From a virus (lineage: Duplodnaviria > Caudoviricetes), in IMG/VR virus record IMGVR_UViG_3300011439_000016, positions 1 through 60,889 of that record: DNA of 60,889 bases; one strand, written 5' to 3'. A program made the position numbers and the translations under genes. The notes beneath the pieces were generated by a model. The model was not told the origin of the DNA, made no database searches, and saw nothing but the letters and a program-made list of their open reading frames with translations. Position 1 is the first letter of the stretch. Each line of letters starts with the position of its first letter. Shown here piece after piece: positions 19,754 through 29,011 of this stretch.

Positions 19754-21323
19754 GTTCGAGTTCTCCATTGGACGCTGATGTTTTGATCATTTCTAAAAAC
19801 GCATCTTGAGTGCGCTGTTTCCGTCGCAGCATGTCATACACCTTGCGTTCGATCTGGGTCGATTGCAGATGTAAAAACAGCTGTTTCTCTTTTTGCCCAA
19901 CTCTCCTGATCCGGGCATTGGCTTGCTCGTAAATATCCAAACTGCATACCGGGCTGTACCAGATAATGGTCGAGGCCGCGGTCAACGTAAGACCGTGATG
20001 GATGCATTGCGGGTGAGCAAGCAGGACACGGTACTGCGTCGTATTTTGGAATGCATTAAAAATCTGCTCTCGCTTTTTTACATCCCCATGAACCACAGCA
20101 TGATCTATCTTTTCATCCGTCAGCAATGCTGACAGGCCCTCGATCAAATGCCGCCAGGGTGCGAACACAATCACCTTGTGTGGTGCTGCCTCAATCAGAT
20201 CCAACAACATCTGCTTACGTGGCTCTGCATCCAACACAACATGTAGCGGGTTCTGGCTGTACAGGTAGCCAGCACCGACCTGCAGCAGCTTGCCCATGGC
20301 AACTCCAGCGTTGGCTGCGGTGATGACCTGGTTCCGCAATAGGATTGCAAACTCATTTGCCAGCTTGCGGTAGGTGGTGGCCTGCTCCTCCGTCATTTCG
20401 ACGTCGATGGTCCGGTAGATGGCCTCCGGCAGCTCGACCACGTCGTCCAGCGAATAGCGCACCGAGGGCTGCATCCAGGTCAGCGCGGTGTCGATCGCAT
20501 CGGTCTTGGGCACCCACTTGTACTGGCTGACCTGGAGCATCAGCTGGCTGCGGGCGTGGCGGAAGTACTTCGGAATGGTGCCGGGGGTCAGGATCTTGCA
20601 CTGGTTCCAGACGTCGGTCGGGGCGTTCGGCATCGGCCGGCCGGTCAGCCCCCAGACCCAGGTAAACCGTTGGGCGAACTCGCGCATCCGCTTGGACCGC
20701 AGGCTGTTGTTACGGTAAACCGCCAGTTCGTCGAGGATCATGGCGTCGATGTCGGTCCGAGAATGTAAATCCTCGATAATCGACTTCAGACCGTCGTGGT
20801 TGATGATGTAAACGTCGGCGTCCTGGTCGAGCAATTTTAGACGTTTCTGCCGGGTACCGAACAATACAACTGTCTTAATTTCGGGCATTGTAAGGTGCAA
20901 TTCCCGTAACCAGACGAATTTCATGGTCGAAAGCGGGCAAACCACGAGTAATTTTTTGGCGGCCCCCGAATTGTAAAGGAACCGCCAGGACCAGATCGCA
21001 CTTTTAGTCTTGCCCGTGCCCATATCATTCAGAACGTAGGCCCGCAGATGACTAGTCGCCAAAGAGGCAGTGTTCTTTTGAACCTGAAACGGAATGGCTC
21101 CGTCACCACTGGGCCAGTCATAGTGAAACAGGATGGGGGCTGGCACCTCAATCCCGGCGCCGCGGAGCTGCATCTGGGTAGCTGGAGTGTGCGGCAGTAC
21201 GGCAAAGGTCTTGTGCTGATGCTCGATGGTTTTGACTTCATCGGTGATGAGCGTTTCAAGGCTATTGTTGTAGGGCACCAGGACGTGCCCGGTGGCGCGG
21301 GAGATGATCACTGAAGAGGTCAC
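19740..21323 (-). CDS. SNF2-family DNA helicase
   Basis: DMGTGKT, ILDE, LTGRP, HGLTLTAA, QANARIRRVGQ motifs; start uncertain. Confidence 0.92.
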   Translation of the reverse strand: MTSSVIISRATGHVLVPYNNSLETLITDEVKTIEHQHKTFAVLPHTPATQMQLRGAGIEVPAPILFHYDWPSGDGAIPFQVQKNTASLATSHLRAYVLNDMGTGKTKSAIWSWRFLYNSGAAKKLLVVCPLSTMKFVWLRELHLTMPEIKTVVLFGTRQKRLKLLDQDADVYIINHDGLKSIIEDLHSRTDIDAMILDELAVYRNNSLRSKRMREFAQRFTWVWGLTGRPMPNAPTDVWNQCKILTPGTIPKYFRHARSQLMLQVSQYKWVPKTDAIDTALTWMQPSVRYSLDDVVELPEAIYRTIDVEMTEEQATTYRKLANEFAILLRNQVITAANAGVAMGKLLQVGAGYLYSQNPLHVVLDAEPRKQMLLDLIEAAPHKVIVFAPWRHLIEGLSALLTDEKIDHAVVHGDVKKREQIFNAFQNTTQYRVLLAHPQCIHHGLTLTAASTIIWYSPVCSLDIYEQANARIRRVGQKEKQLFLHLQSTQIERKVYDMLRRKQRTQDAFLEMIKTSASNGELEHDEI

Positions 21324-21597
21324 GCGCTTTCTCCAAACTGTCGACCACAAATACCAAACCGCCTGCTGCACGGATTCGTGCAGCAGTAATGTCTTGCATC
21401 AGCGTAGGCACCTCACCAGGAGCCTTAGTTTCAACCGCGAAATACAAACCTCGATAGCAACCGATGCAGTCTAGTGTTCGTTCGCCAATCCCCCACTGCA
21501 CCGGCCAGTGTTGATAGGCGCCTATTTCCTTAAGGCGTTTTTTCACCGCCGTTTTGATCGTCTTCTCGAGTATCTTCGACGTTGCGGCTGATCGCAT
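21262..21597 (-). CDS. VRR-NUC domain nuclease
   Basis: EKTI...LDCIGC...AVETKAPG...PTLMQ...AGGLVFVVDS. Confidence 0.85.
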   Translation of the reverse strand: MRSAATSKILEKTIKTAVKKRLKEIGAYQHWPVQWGIGERTLDCIGCYRGLYFAVETKAPGEVPTLMQDITAARIRAAGGLVFVVDSLEKARDLFSDHLPRHRARPGALQQ

Positions 21598-21790
21598 AGT
21601 TCGCCCACATGACTGTCGTGCGGAACTGCCTGAACGTGTGTGCCTTGTCCGGCCCGGTCGGCAGCGCCCGCTCCATGGTCTCGGCAAATATTCGTGCTGC
21701 CGCGCGTACAGCTTTTATCCGCGCCTCTTGGCTGTCGGTAGACTTGATGGTCTCGTACGACGCCGGGTCGGTCCAGTTTTTATCGGCCAT
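21530..21790 (-). CDS. Acb2/Tad1-like helical-hairpin protein (putative immune-signal sponge)
   Basis: Q..RI..VR.AA..FA......LP.GPDK......RTTVMWANYAI pattern. Confidence 0.6.
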   Translation of the reverse strand: MADKNWTDPASYETIKSTDSQEARIKAVRAAARIFAETMERALPTGPDKAHTFRQFRTTVMWANYAISRNVEDTREDDQNGGEKTP

Positions 21791-21802
21791 TATGTGATTT
21801 CC

Positions 21803-22144
21803 TCACGTTGGAAGCGGACATCCGTCCCACCCGCAATCATCAGTAATTTGTTTTCCACGGACAAAATGATCAACCAAAGCTTCGTTGAATACTCCCTCCC
21901 AAAAATCACGAAGCATGGACTGTTGTTCTTTAGTCGGTGTTGCAGTCCAACTCACAGCAAGCGCGCCCTTATGATCATAAAGTCCAGTAACACGCGCCGT
22001 TTGCTTTAAAAAAATATACTCGTGGTAAAACAAAATTCGCCGCAACAAATCCAACCGTTTTAAACGCCACGGTTCATCGTCGTGCGCGCGATTAGCATCA
22101 ATGAATACGGGTCCAAGTTGGATGTCTTTGAGTTCACTTACCAT
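21803..22144 (-). CDS. Hypothetical protein
   Basis: ORF in operon; lower GC. Confidence 0.6.
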   Translation of the reverse strand: MVSELKDIQLGPVFIDANRAHDDEPWRLKRLDLLRRILFYHEYIFLKQTARVTGLYDHKGALAVSWTATPTKEQQSMLRDFWEGVFNEALVDHFVRGKQITDDCGWDGCPLPT

Positions 22145-22817
22145 TGTACTCACACGATTTAACCGGGCACCATTTCCGGCAGAACCGCCCCGGTACGGGT
22201 GGGAAGTTGTCGGCGGTGTGCGCGTTTTCCAGCCGCTTGACCCGCGGCGTGATATCGGCCCAGTAGTCCGCAGCCTCGTTGCGATAGACCACCTGGGTGG
22301 ATTGCGAATCCTCCTGCAGCCAGACGAAATCCGCCCGGACGCATTGCAGGTCGGGGAATTGCAGGAATGCCATCAATGATGTCAGCAGCAGCTGCACCGG
22401 GTCGCCGTTCAGGCTCTTGCCGGTCTTCCAGTCGACCACCAGGGCCGCCGGCACGTCGAGCTTGACGGCATCGGCGACGGTGCGAAGCCAGACGTTCTTG
22501 GCAAACCAGGCGCACGGCTGCAGCTCGCGGGTGACCGCCCACTGGCACTCGTCCTCGACCAGCAGTTCGCCCTCGGTGCGGGCAACCTTGTCGACCCACT
22601 GCTGGTATTGCTTGAACTTGGTCGGCAGCGGAGTGTTGGTCCGCAGCGCCGTCGCCATGGCCTTGTGGACGGCATCGCCGAAATCCAGCATGGGGGACGA
22701 TTCTTCCGGCCAAGCGTCCTTCTTGACCATCGTCTCGTGATAGCGCCGAGGACAGTCCTCGAACGCTTTCAAGCGGGAGAACGACCAGGAGAAACTCTTG
22801 GGTTCGACGTCCAGCAT
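22134..22817 (-). CDS. PD-(D/E)XK Cas4/RecB-like exonuclease
   Basis: SWSFSRLKAFEDCPRRY, VVDWKTGK, C-terminal CRKWCPVKSC. Confidence 0.88.
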   Translation of the reverse strand: MLDVEPKSFSWSFSRLKAFEDCPRRYHETMVKKDAWPEESSPMLDFGDAVHKAMATALRTNTPLPTKFKQYQQWVDKVARTEGELLVEDECQWAVTRELQPCAWFAKNVWLRTVADAVKLDVPAALVVDWKTGKSLNGDPVQLLLTSLMAFLQFPDLQCVRADFVWLQEDSQSTQVVYRNEAADYWADITPRVKRLENAHTADNFPPVPGRFCRKWCPVKSCEYNGK

Positions 22818-22846
22818 TGGCGTTTCTCTTTTAGAACTTCGTAAAT

Positions 22847-23260
22847 CTAGCTAGCCGGAGGGGCAATATCAATAGGCTTGTTGTGGTCGATCTCCCCGGT
22901 CGGCAGAACAATGTTGCCGGCCTCGCGCACGTCCAACTTAATCGCCAACGCTACGGCGCGTTCTGCGGTGGCTCCGGGCGATCGCTCCCAACCCGGCAGC
23001 AGCAGCACCAGCTGGGCGTTATCCATGATCCACAAGATCTCGTCGCGCAGCGCCTGGTTGCGTGCTGTCTTGCGGGTGGCCGGGTCCAGCTTCAGGACGT
23101 TCTCCAGCGAACCGTGGCTATCAATGAGGTGCTCTGCAGGGCTGAACACCTCACAGCCCTCATCACGCAGCTTCTTGGCCACGTAGTCGAACAGCGGCAT
23201 GTTCCAGTTGCCGCCCACCGACTCCATCGGGCCAGCGATATAAACGCGAAGTCCTTTCAT
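22847..23260 (-). CDS. DUF4406 / nucleoside 2-deoxyribosyltransferase-like protein
   Basis: VYIAGPM...FSPAE...LLPGWERSPGATAE. Confidence 0.8.
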   Translation of the reverse strand: MKGLRVYIAGPMESVGGNWNMPLFDYVAKKLRDEGCEVFSPAEHLIDSHGSLENVLKLDPATRKTARNQALRDEILWIMDNAQLVLLLPGWERSPGATAERAVALAIKLDVREAGNIVLPTGEIDHNKPIDIAPPAS

Positions 23261-23520
23261 TATAAACCTCCAAATAGTGATGTACGAAACTGGTAGAGCG
23301 AATCCCGTCGATTAAGAACTACATAATCCAGTCGTCCTTCCAGCCGGAGTGCCCGCAAGATACGGCCAGGAGAATCGGGGGCGATCTCTGGCGCTCGATC
23401 GCGCACGAACGTACGCAGATCCTCGGCATGAAAGGCAGTGCCGGCGTGGTCCTCGTAGAATTCCATGATAATCGGAGCAATCTTGGAATAGACCCGTGCC
23501 CGTTCCTCTCTGTCGCTCAT
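23260..23520 (-). CDS. Hypothetical small DNA-binding (wHTH-like) protein
   Basis: APDSPGRILRALR; in operon. Confidence 0.6.
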   Translation of the reverse strand: MSDREERARVYSKIAPIIMEFYEDHAGTAFHAEDLRTFVRDRAPEIAPDSPGRILRALRLEGRLDYVVLNRRDSLYQFRTSLFGGL

Positions 23521-23529
23521 CGATTTCCC

Positions 23530-25383
23530 CTATTTGCAGGCTCCGTAGTTCGGTCCGACATGAAGCTCCACAGCCAGCGGCAACCCCGGCAACCAGTCCG
23601 GCGTTCGTGTCATCTCAAGCTCGACGGCGCCCCACGCCTCCCCCACATCGTCGTGCGGAACAACGAACACAAGCTCATCATGCGCTTGTAAGACAAAGCG
23701 CAGCCCATGCTGCTGTGCCAAACGCACGGCAGCCTGCATCACCACAATACGGGCCAGCGCCTGGGTAATGTTTTCCAGGAGCTTGGCACCGTAAAGATAT
23801 TCGTCCTTTTTATCGTAACGCAACGTCATCTTGTTGGGTAGTACAATTTGGCCGGATTTGAACACCACCGGCCCCCAAGGGGCTTGCTGAGTCTCGTTAG
23901 GGCTGTTGATGACGTTAGCCAGCAGGCGATCCAGTTCCCGCCAAGCCGCCGGAATGCACGAAAACAGCGCCCGGTAGGTGTTGACGGTGGAGTGCGCGAT
24001 CCCCTCGTCGAACAGTCCCTCCAATGGGATGCCGGCAGCCCGCGCTTGGGTGACCACCATCTGATAAAACCGGTCAGGACCGCAGCCATAGCCCAACCCC
24101 AGGATCGCGGTTTTCCCTAGAAATCTTTCGTGCGGGTTCTTGCTCTTGGTGATGGTGCGCCCGAATACGATCGAAGCGAAGTGGGCATAGACGTCATCGC
24201 CGCGGGCAAAGTGCTCGACCAGATCCGCCTGCCCGCACAGCACCGCGACGATGCGGGCTTCGATCTGGGCGAGGTCTGCCGTGATCATGGCGTGCTCCGG
24301 CGGGGCCACCAGCGCCTCACGCAGCCGGCTCTTGTCCTTGTCGCGCGGCAGGTTCTGCGGGTTCATCTTCCACTCACCGGACAGGCGATGGGTGTGCGCG
24401 CCGCCGTAGCGCAGCGCGATCGGCAGCAGCGCGCCGTTGGCCTTACCGTTTGATTTCCATGGCAGCTTGGCGATGTTGACGAACCGCTCCGCGCGGGTCT
24501 CCTCGATCGTGCTCTTGTGTGACAGCCGCGCCGCGGCCAGCGTTTGCACCTGGTAATTGGTGTCGTCGTTGGGCGACTCGGCGTACTCCAGCAGGTCGGC
24601 CATGAATGGATCGGACTTGGAGAACTGCGGGATCCATTTGCCCGTCGGCGACAGCTTGCTCTTGATCTCGACGCCCAGGCGCTCGAGCGCCTTCTTGAAA
24701 TGCGCGGTCGACATCAGCGCCGCCTTGTCGTAGCCGCACTCGCGGATCAACCGTGACTTGCGCGCCCGCAGCTCGACCAGATGCTTCTCAAGCAGCTCGA
24801 CGTTGGCGTGCAGCGTAGGCTGCACCGCTGCGCGCAGCACCAGATCCATGACCAGACGCTCCTCCTGCGGCATCTCGCGGTTGAGCTTGTTGTAAATCAT
24901 GAAGCAGTCGAGCACGTCCTGCATGGCGTAGGTGCAGAACTCCGGCCACAGACCGGCCCGCTTGATGTCGTCGGCCCGCATCCCCCTGACCTTGTGGACG
25001 GTGTCGCCCTTGGTGTCGGCACCGAACAATTCCTTCTTGACCGCGCCCAGACTGTTGCGTTTGTACTTCCGCAACGCCCGCGCCATACCCAGCGTGTCGG
25101 CTAGTCGTGCCGCCACCCAGTCGTAGCGCCAGGACAGGATCGACAGGTCGAACAGCGCGTTGTGGCTGCAGCACGCTGTTTCCGCCGGATCGTACTTGTC
25201 CAAAAATTTGGGGATGTTCTCCGGCGAGATGATCTTGGGCGCATCCCAGCGCGGGTCGTACGCCGCCATCAGCAGCGTTTCGAACCGCTCGTCCAGAATG
25301 TATTCCGGCGGGCTTAGATGCCGCAGACTAAATTCGGGGTCGTAATACGATTCGAAATCAACAAACAGAAATTTCTTGATCAT
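23530..25383 (-). CDS. DNA polymerase family A with 3'-5' exonuclease
   Basis: DFESY, HNALFD, NPQNLPR, DLAQIEAR, RFLGKTAILGLGYG, AHDE motifs. Confidence 0.95.
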   Translation of the reverse strand: MIKKFLFVDFESYYDPEFSLRHLSPPEYILDERFETLLMAAYDPRWDAPKIISPENIPKFLDKYDPAETACCSHNALFDLSILSWRYDWVAARLADTLGMARALRKYKRNSLGAVKKELFGADTKGDTVHKVRGMRADDIKRAGLWPEFCTYAMQDVLDCFMIYNKLNREMPQEERLVMDLVLRAAVQPTLHANVELLEKHLVELRARKSRLIRECGYDKAALMSTAHFKKALERLGVEIKSKLSPTGKWIPQFSKSDPFMADLLEYAESPNDDTNYQVQTLAAARLSHKSTIEETRAERFVNIAKLPWKSNGKANGALLPIALRYGGAHTHRLSGEWKMNPQNLPRDKDKSRLREALVAPPEHAMITADLAQIEARIVAVLCGQADLVEHFARGDDVYAHFASIVFGRTITKSKNPHERFLGKTAILGLGYGCGPDRFYQMVVTQARAAGIPLEGLFDEGIAHSTVNTYRALFSCIPAAWRELDRLLANVINSPNETQQAPWGPVVFKSGQIVLPNKMTLRYDKKDEYLYGAKLLENITQALARIVVMQAAVRLAQQHGLRFVLQAHDELVFVVPHDDVGEAWGAVELEMTRTPDWLPGLPLAVELHVGPNYGACK

Positions 25384-25631
25384 ACCGCCATCCGTGAACG
25401 GCCGCGTTTACGCGCGGGCGCCCACAGATTGTAGCCGGCATGCGTGAGTAGCCCCGCCTCACACATGGCATTGAGGTGATACCAAGCCTGATCCCATTGG
25501 CCGATCTCGCAAGCCTGCTCGTTGGAGATGATGCCGGCCTTGCGAGCATGCTTCAGCACCCGCTGGCGCGAGATGCTGGTGTCCAGGCGCTTGCGCGTAC
25601 GCTTGAGGTGGCCGTTCTTCTTCCTTCTCAT
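25380..25631 (-). CDS. Hypothetical basic wHTH-like protein
   Basis: Coupled ORF (ATGA overlaps). Confidence 0.6.
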   Translation of the reverse strand: MRRKKNGHLKRTRKRLDTSISRQRVLKHARKAGIISNEQACEIGQWDQAWYHLNAMCEAGLLTHAGYNLWAPARKRGRSRMAV

Positions 25632-25957
25632 TGCAGTCCCTCTAAAAATGTTGCCGGAGTGGCCCCATACGTTTTTCCATCATAGGTGTAGCCGCGACCG
25701 TTCTCCCACGCAATGTTGGTGCAGTCCCCACCGTCAACAATCTTAACGCCAACCGTAAGGCCGGAGTGTGCGCTTACATTGTTGCAACACCGGTAAAACT
25801 CCCGCGCGGCCTCCACAGCGTCGACCCACCGGCACACCGGTACGATTTCGCCACCAAGCATCGTGCACCAGACGGAGAACTCCTCCCGGCGCGATACGGC
25901 TTTGTCTCCTGTAAACTCTAGCTCGTCCATCTTATCCTCGATCTGTTCCAGCGCCAT
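25628..25957 (-). CDS. Hypothetical protein
   Basis: ORF in operon. Confidence 0.6.
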   Translation of the reverse strand: MALEQIEDKMDELEFTGDKAVSRREEFSVWCTMLGGEIVPVCRWVDAVEAAREFYRCCNNVSAHSGLTVGVKIVDGGDCTNIAWENGRGYTYDGKTYGATPATFLEGLQ

Positions 25958-26469
25958 AGCATTGCTCCCGCTATCAGCAGGATTGCAAACATGGCGATCA
26001 TTGTTCCGCTCCGTTGTTCAACCACCGGCCAAACATCGGGTTCCCTGTTCGGGAATGTTGTAAATATTGGGCCGCGTTCATCCTCATGCAAGGTCGCCCT
26101 GGCGTCGGCCACCCAGGCCCATTGCGGCGTGTCCAGGATCGACCGCGGCACCGCCTCGGACATGTAAGGCGGCGTCAGCCCGTACGGCAGAACTACCGGC
26201 GCGGGCGGCGCGGGTGGCGCAGGCGCAACAGCTGGTGCAACCGCTGCAGGTGCCGGGATATTTCTCTCAGGTGCCACAGCGCGACCTTGTCGGCGTAAAC
26301 GCCGATCGCCCCAGCAGCGTTGCCCGTTCGGCCCGCCGGACCAATAGAGGTACGCTTTCGGACCGTACGCCAGACGCGCTTCCTGACGGGTCGGACAGGC
26401 TTTCGATGCATCCGCTGCTTCAAGTGTACCTCCCAACAGCACCAGCACTCCCAGTGCGATATGAATCAT
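25918..26469 (-). CDS. Hypothetical membrane-anchored exported protein
   Basis: N-terminal signal peptide, Pro/Ala linker, C-terminal TM helix. Confidence 0.6.
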   Translation of the reverse strand: MIHIALGVLVLLGGTLEAADASKACPTRQEARLAYGPKAYLYWSGGPNGQRCWGDRRLRRQGRAVAPERNIPAPAAVAPAVAPAPPAPPAPVVLPYGLTPPYMSEAVPRSILDTPQWAWVADARATLHEDERGPIFTTFPNREPDVWPVVEQRSGTMIAMFAILLIAGAMLWRWNRSRIRWTS

Positions 26470-26843
26470 GACCCATCGAACACCGGCTCTGGTTTGTCAC
26501 GGACCAACGGTTCGGCCTCGATGTCGAACGCTCGCAGCATCGCATTGATCGACCGTAACACCGATTTGCTTTGTTCAGCCTCGGCGACCTTCTCGTCGCG
26601 CACCAGCATCGCAGACTGTACGCGGCTCTCCAGCTGAGTGTTGTTCAGTTCGGCCACGTCGAGCATGGCCTTGAGGCCGGCGATCGTGGTGTCACGTTCC
26701 GCAAGGGTTTTGCGAAGCATGTCGCGATCGTGGGCGATCTCCTGGTGGATGCGTTCGGCTTGAACAATGAGAGCTTCGCGAGCGGGCGGCAGGTTGCCGT
26801 TGGTGGGAGTCTGGCCTTCGTCAACTAGGGTTTCCGTTGTCAT
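26466..26843 (-). CDS. Hypothetical coiled-coil protein
   Basis: RBS GAGGAG; heptad pattern. Confidence 0.7.
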   Translation of the reverse strand: MTTETLVDEGQTPTNGNLPPAREALIVQAERIHQEIAHDRDMLRKTLAERDTTIAGLKAMLDVAELNNTQLESRVQSAMLVRDEKVAEAEQSKSVLRSINAMLRAFDIEAEPLVRDKPEPVFDGS

Positions 26844-27048
26844 GATTGCTCCTCACAATGCGAAGCGAAGGGCGAGCCTCGGCTTCTATTTGTTCTGCGA
26901 TCTTGGCGGCTATGAAATTCTCGATTGTCAGCTGAATTTCCAAAGCTAGCTCGTCACAGGTTCGGTCCGTGTTGATAGCCGGTTCATCCTCCAGAAAGAC
27001 CTCGGCTAAATCGAGGCACTTGGGGTCAAAGTCTTTTTTGTATGCCAT
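26821..27048 (-). CDS. Hypothetical protein
   Basis: RBS AAGGGA; ORF track. Confidence 0.65.
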   Translation of the reverse strand: MAYKKDFDPKCLDLAEVFLEDEPAINTDRTCDELALEIQLTIENFIAAKIAEQIEAEARPSLRIVRSNHDNGNPS

Positions 27049-27069
27049 GACAGTCCCTTAGATCACCGT

Positions 27070-27120
27070 AAAACCCCCCGGCTGCGTCCAACGGAGAACG
27101 AAGTCCGCAGGCCGGGGGGC
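27070..27120 (-). terminator. GC-rich hairpin + U4 (intrinsic terminator / sRNA 3' end)
   Basis: minus: ccccccggcctgcg...cgcagccgggggg tttt. Confidence 0.55.
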
Positions 27121-27311
27121 TGCACCCCGCCCGTGTGCTGCCGGACAGGGATACAACGCTTGTACGCTACACGACTCAACGCTTACGGGGATGTAAAATT
27201 GCGGATTGTGAGTCCGCCGTCAACCCTGCTATGTTGACAACAGCGCGTCGGGGTTGTCTGGGCATCAACTAGACCTCGTTCCCCTTGTACCGGGCGGTCC
27301 CGGCGCGCACG

Positions 27312-27398
27312 TCAATCCACTTGCGTGCAGCTGAATGTTGCGGCCAGCGCGAACGTCGCCAAGGCCAGCGCAAAAACAAAAAGACTGTTTCTGGTCAT
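27312..27398 (-). CDS. Small hydrophobic peptide (MTRNSLFVFALALATFALAATFSCTQVD)
   Basis: Read manually; RBS GAGGA; single TM/signal-like. Confidence 0.45.
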   Translation of the reverse strand: MTRNSLFVFALALATFALAATFSCTQVD

Positions 27399-27586
27399 TT
27401 GGCTTTCCTCGCCCGGTATTCCCGCTTCTTCATCGTAACATAGGCGCGGTTCGCTGCCTGCCAGTCCTTGGCGTAATTAGGGTTGCGTTTACGCCATAGG
27501 GCCTGAGCAGCCCGCTGACGTCTCGTTGCCTCGGCTTTGGTAAGCCGCTTACGCGGGGGTTAAGGCTCCTCAATGCGATATCGCAA
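27395..27586 (-). pseudogene. Basic helical ORF interrupted by in-frame TAA (27560-27562)
   Basis: MRYRIEEP*PPRKRLTKAEATRRQRAAQALWRKRNPNYAKDWQAANRAY...; ATGA-coupled to next ORF. Confidence 0.4.
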
Positions 27587-27622
27587 AAAAGCGATACTGC
27601 ACCGGAGACTGCCCTAACCAGC

Positions 27623-28021
27623 TTACGATGTCGTTAGCTGCTTTTTAGACATGAGTGGCACCACATTGACGTGTTCGGCCACGAACTCCGGGTGCTGTTT
27701 TTTCATGTGGGTCGCCATGTTGGAGAACGTGCGCCGGCAGCACGGGCAGGTGCCGGCAGCGGTGCGCTTCTGCAATCGCTTCTCGCGCTGTTCGGCTTTC
27801 TTGACCAGCTTGCGCTGCTCCTCGCGCTCATCGATGACGCGGGACATTTGCTGGCGCAGGCTGTCGCGCTCCTGGCGCAGCTGGTCGGTGATTGATTTCA
27901 CGAACGCCTGCTGGTGTCCGTTCGGGCACCAGAACGATTCCTTGTCCTCGCGCCGGCTCTTGAGCCAATGCTCCGGCACGCCAAACACGACGCCGCAACG
28001 GAAGCAGGTGATGCTATCCAT
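27623..28021 (-). CDS. Hypothetical Zn-finger/coiled-coil protein
   Basis: CFRC, CPNGH, C-terminal CPCC...HMKKQH. Confidence 0.75.
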   Translation of the reverse strand: MDSITCFRCGVVFGVPEHWLKSRREDKESFWCPNGHQQAFVKSITDQLRQERDSLRQQMSRVIDEREEQRKLVKKAEQREKRLQKRTAAGTCPCCRRTFSNMATHMKKQHPEFVAEHVNVVPLMSKKQLTTS

Positions 28022-28226
28022 CCTTGGCCCCCTCAGGCCCATGCCCCAGCAGAATGGCGACGGTGTTCTCGGCCCAAGGGTTGTCGCCGCCGCGCGAGCG
28101 CAGCCACGCCATCAGGCTATCGCGGTCCAGGTGTGCGATATCGGCGTTGGCCCACGCCCCCTCGTATTCGGCGCGGACGTAGATGCCGGTCTTGGGTTCT
28201 AATAACCGCTCGGGATCGACCTTCAT
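28014..28226 (-). CDS. Hypothetical protein
   Basis: Coupled ORF. Confidence 0.65.
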   Translation of the reverse strand: MKVDPERLLEPKTGIYVRAEYEGAWANADIAHLDRDSLMAWLRSRGGDNPWAENTVAILLGHGPEGAKDG

Positions 28227-28582
28227 AGCCGCTCCCAATATTTGATTTCTTCCGACTTGCTGTTGAACACCTCGACAGCGGCCTCGCCAATGGTGAAGCC
28301 CAGCGATTGCGCCATCAAGTCGAGGTAGACGAACGTGTCGCCAAGCTCGCGGCGCAGGGCCACGCGCAGTTCCTCATCGGTCTGCTTGTTACCCGGCACC
28401 CCGTCGCGGCTGCGGTTGAGCTTCTTGACGATGTTGGCGGCCTCGCCAATCTCGCCCACGACAGCCGTCATCCAGTCGGATGTCGACCATTCGTCGAGCC
28501 TGTGGTTGAAGCCGTGCGGGTGTTCGCAGCGCCGGCGGTTGGCCTCGCTGAACGTGCTGAACCTGAATGCGTATGGTGTCAC
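28223..28582 (-). CDS. MazG-like nucleotide pyrophosphohydrolase
   Basis: GEIGEAANIVKKL...ELGDTFVYL...FNSKS. Confidence 0.85.
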   Translation of the reverse strand: MTPYAFRFSTFSEANRRRCEHPHGFNHRLDEWSTSDWMTAVVGEIGEAANIVKKLNRSRDGVPGNKQTDEELRVALRRELGDTFVYLDLMAQSLGFTIGEAAVEVFNSKSEEIKYWERL

Positions 28583-28676
28583 AGTTCCCTCCAGTCAAAA
28601 CAATAAGCGCCGTACCAAACCTCCAGAATGCAGATGGACATGAGCGATAGTCCCATCGGCCATGTCCCCTCATCCG

Positions 28677-28973
28677 TCATTTACGAGTCTTAGATCTAAA
28701 TTTAGAAGACTGCAAGAGCGCGGCCTGCTTGACGGCAGCCAGTTCGGCCTTGTCCGCCGCGGCCTTGGCCCGCATCGCCTCGAACCGGGGACGGTCGCGC
28801 TCCCGGCGCAAGGCCTTGTCGTACTCCTTGGATGCACGGTAGGCCTTCTCGGTTTCGGTCAGTTCGCGACCGCTGAACGATTGCGCCGCCTTGGGTGGGT
28901 TGCGCTTCCAGGCCTCGGCGCGGACCTCTGCCGGGATGCGGAGAAAATCTGGAATATCCATATCGTCAGACAT
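28677..28973 (-). CDS. Early protein with N-terminal FtsZ-tail-like peptide (DDMDIPDFLR)
   Basis: RBS AACGGAG; own promoter at 29008-29036. Confidence 0.7.
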   Translation of the reverse strand: MSDDMDIPDFLRIPAEVRAEAWKRNPPKAAQSFSGRELTETEKAYRASKEYDKALRRERDRPRFEAMRAKAAADKAELAAVKQAALLQSSKFRSKTRK

Positions 28974-29011
28974 AAAAAGACTCCGTTGTGTTTTCATTCA
29001 CAAACGGAGTC
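28974..29011 (-). terminator. Hairpin + U5 overlapping RBS of the 28973 gene
   Basis: minus gactccgtttgtg-aatgaaaa-cacaacggagtc-ttttt-ATG. Confidence 0.6.

Noticed and set aside
22134-22817. Cas4-like protein as part of a CRISPR system
   Set aside because: Stand-alone PD-(D/E)XK exonuclease typical of phage replication modules; no array or other cas genes
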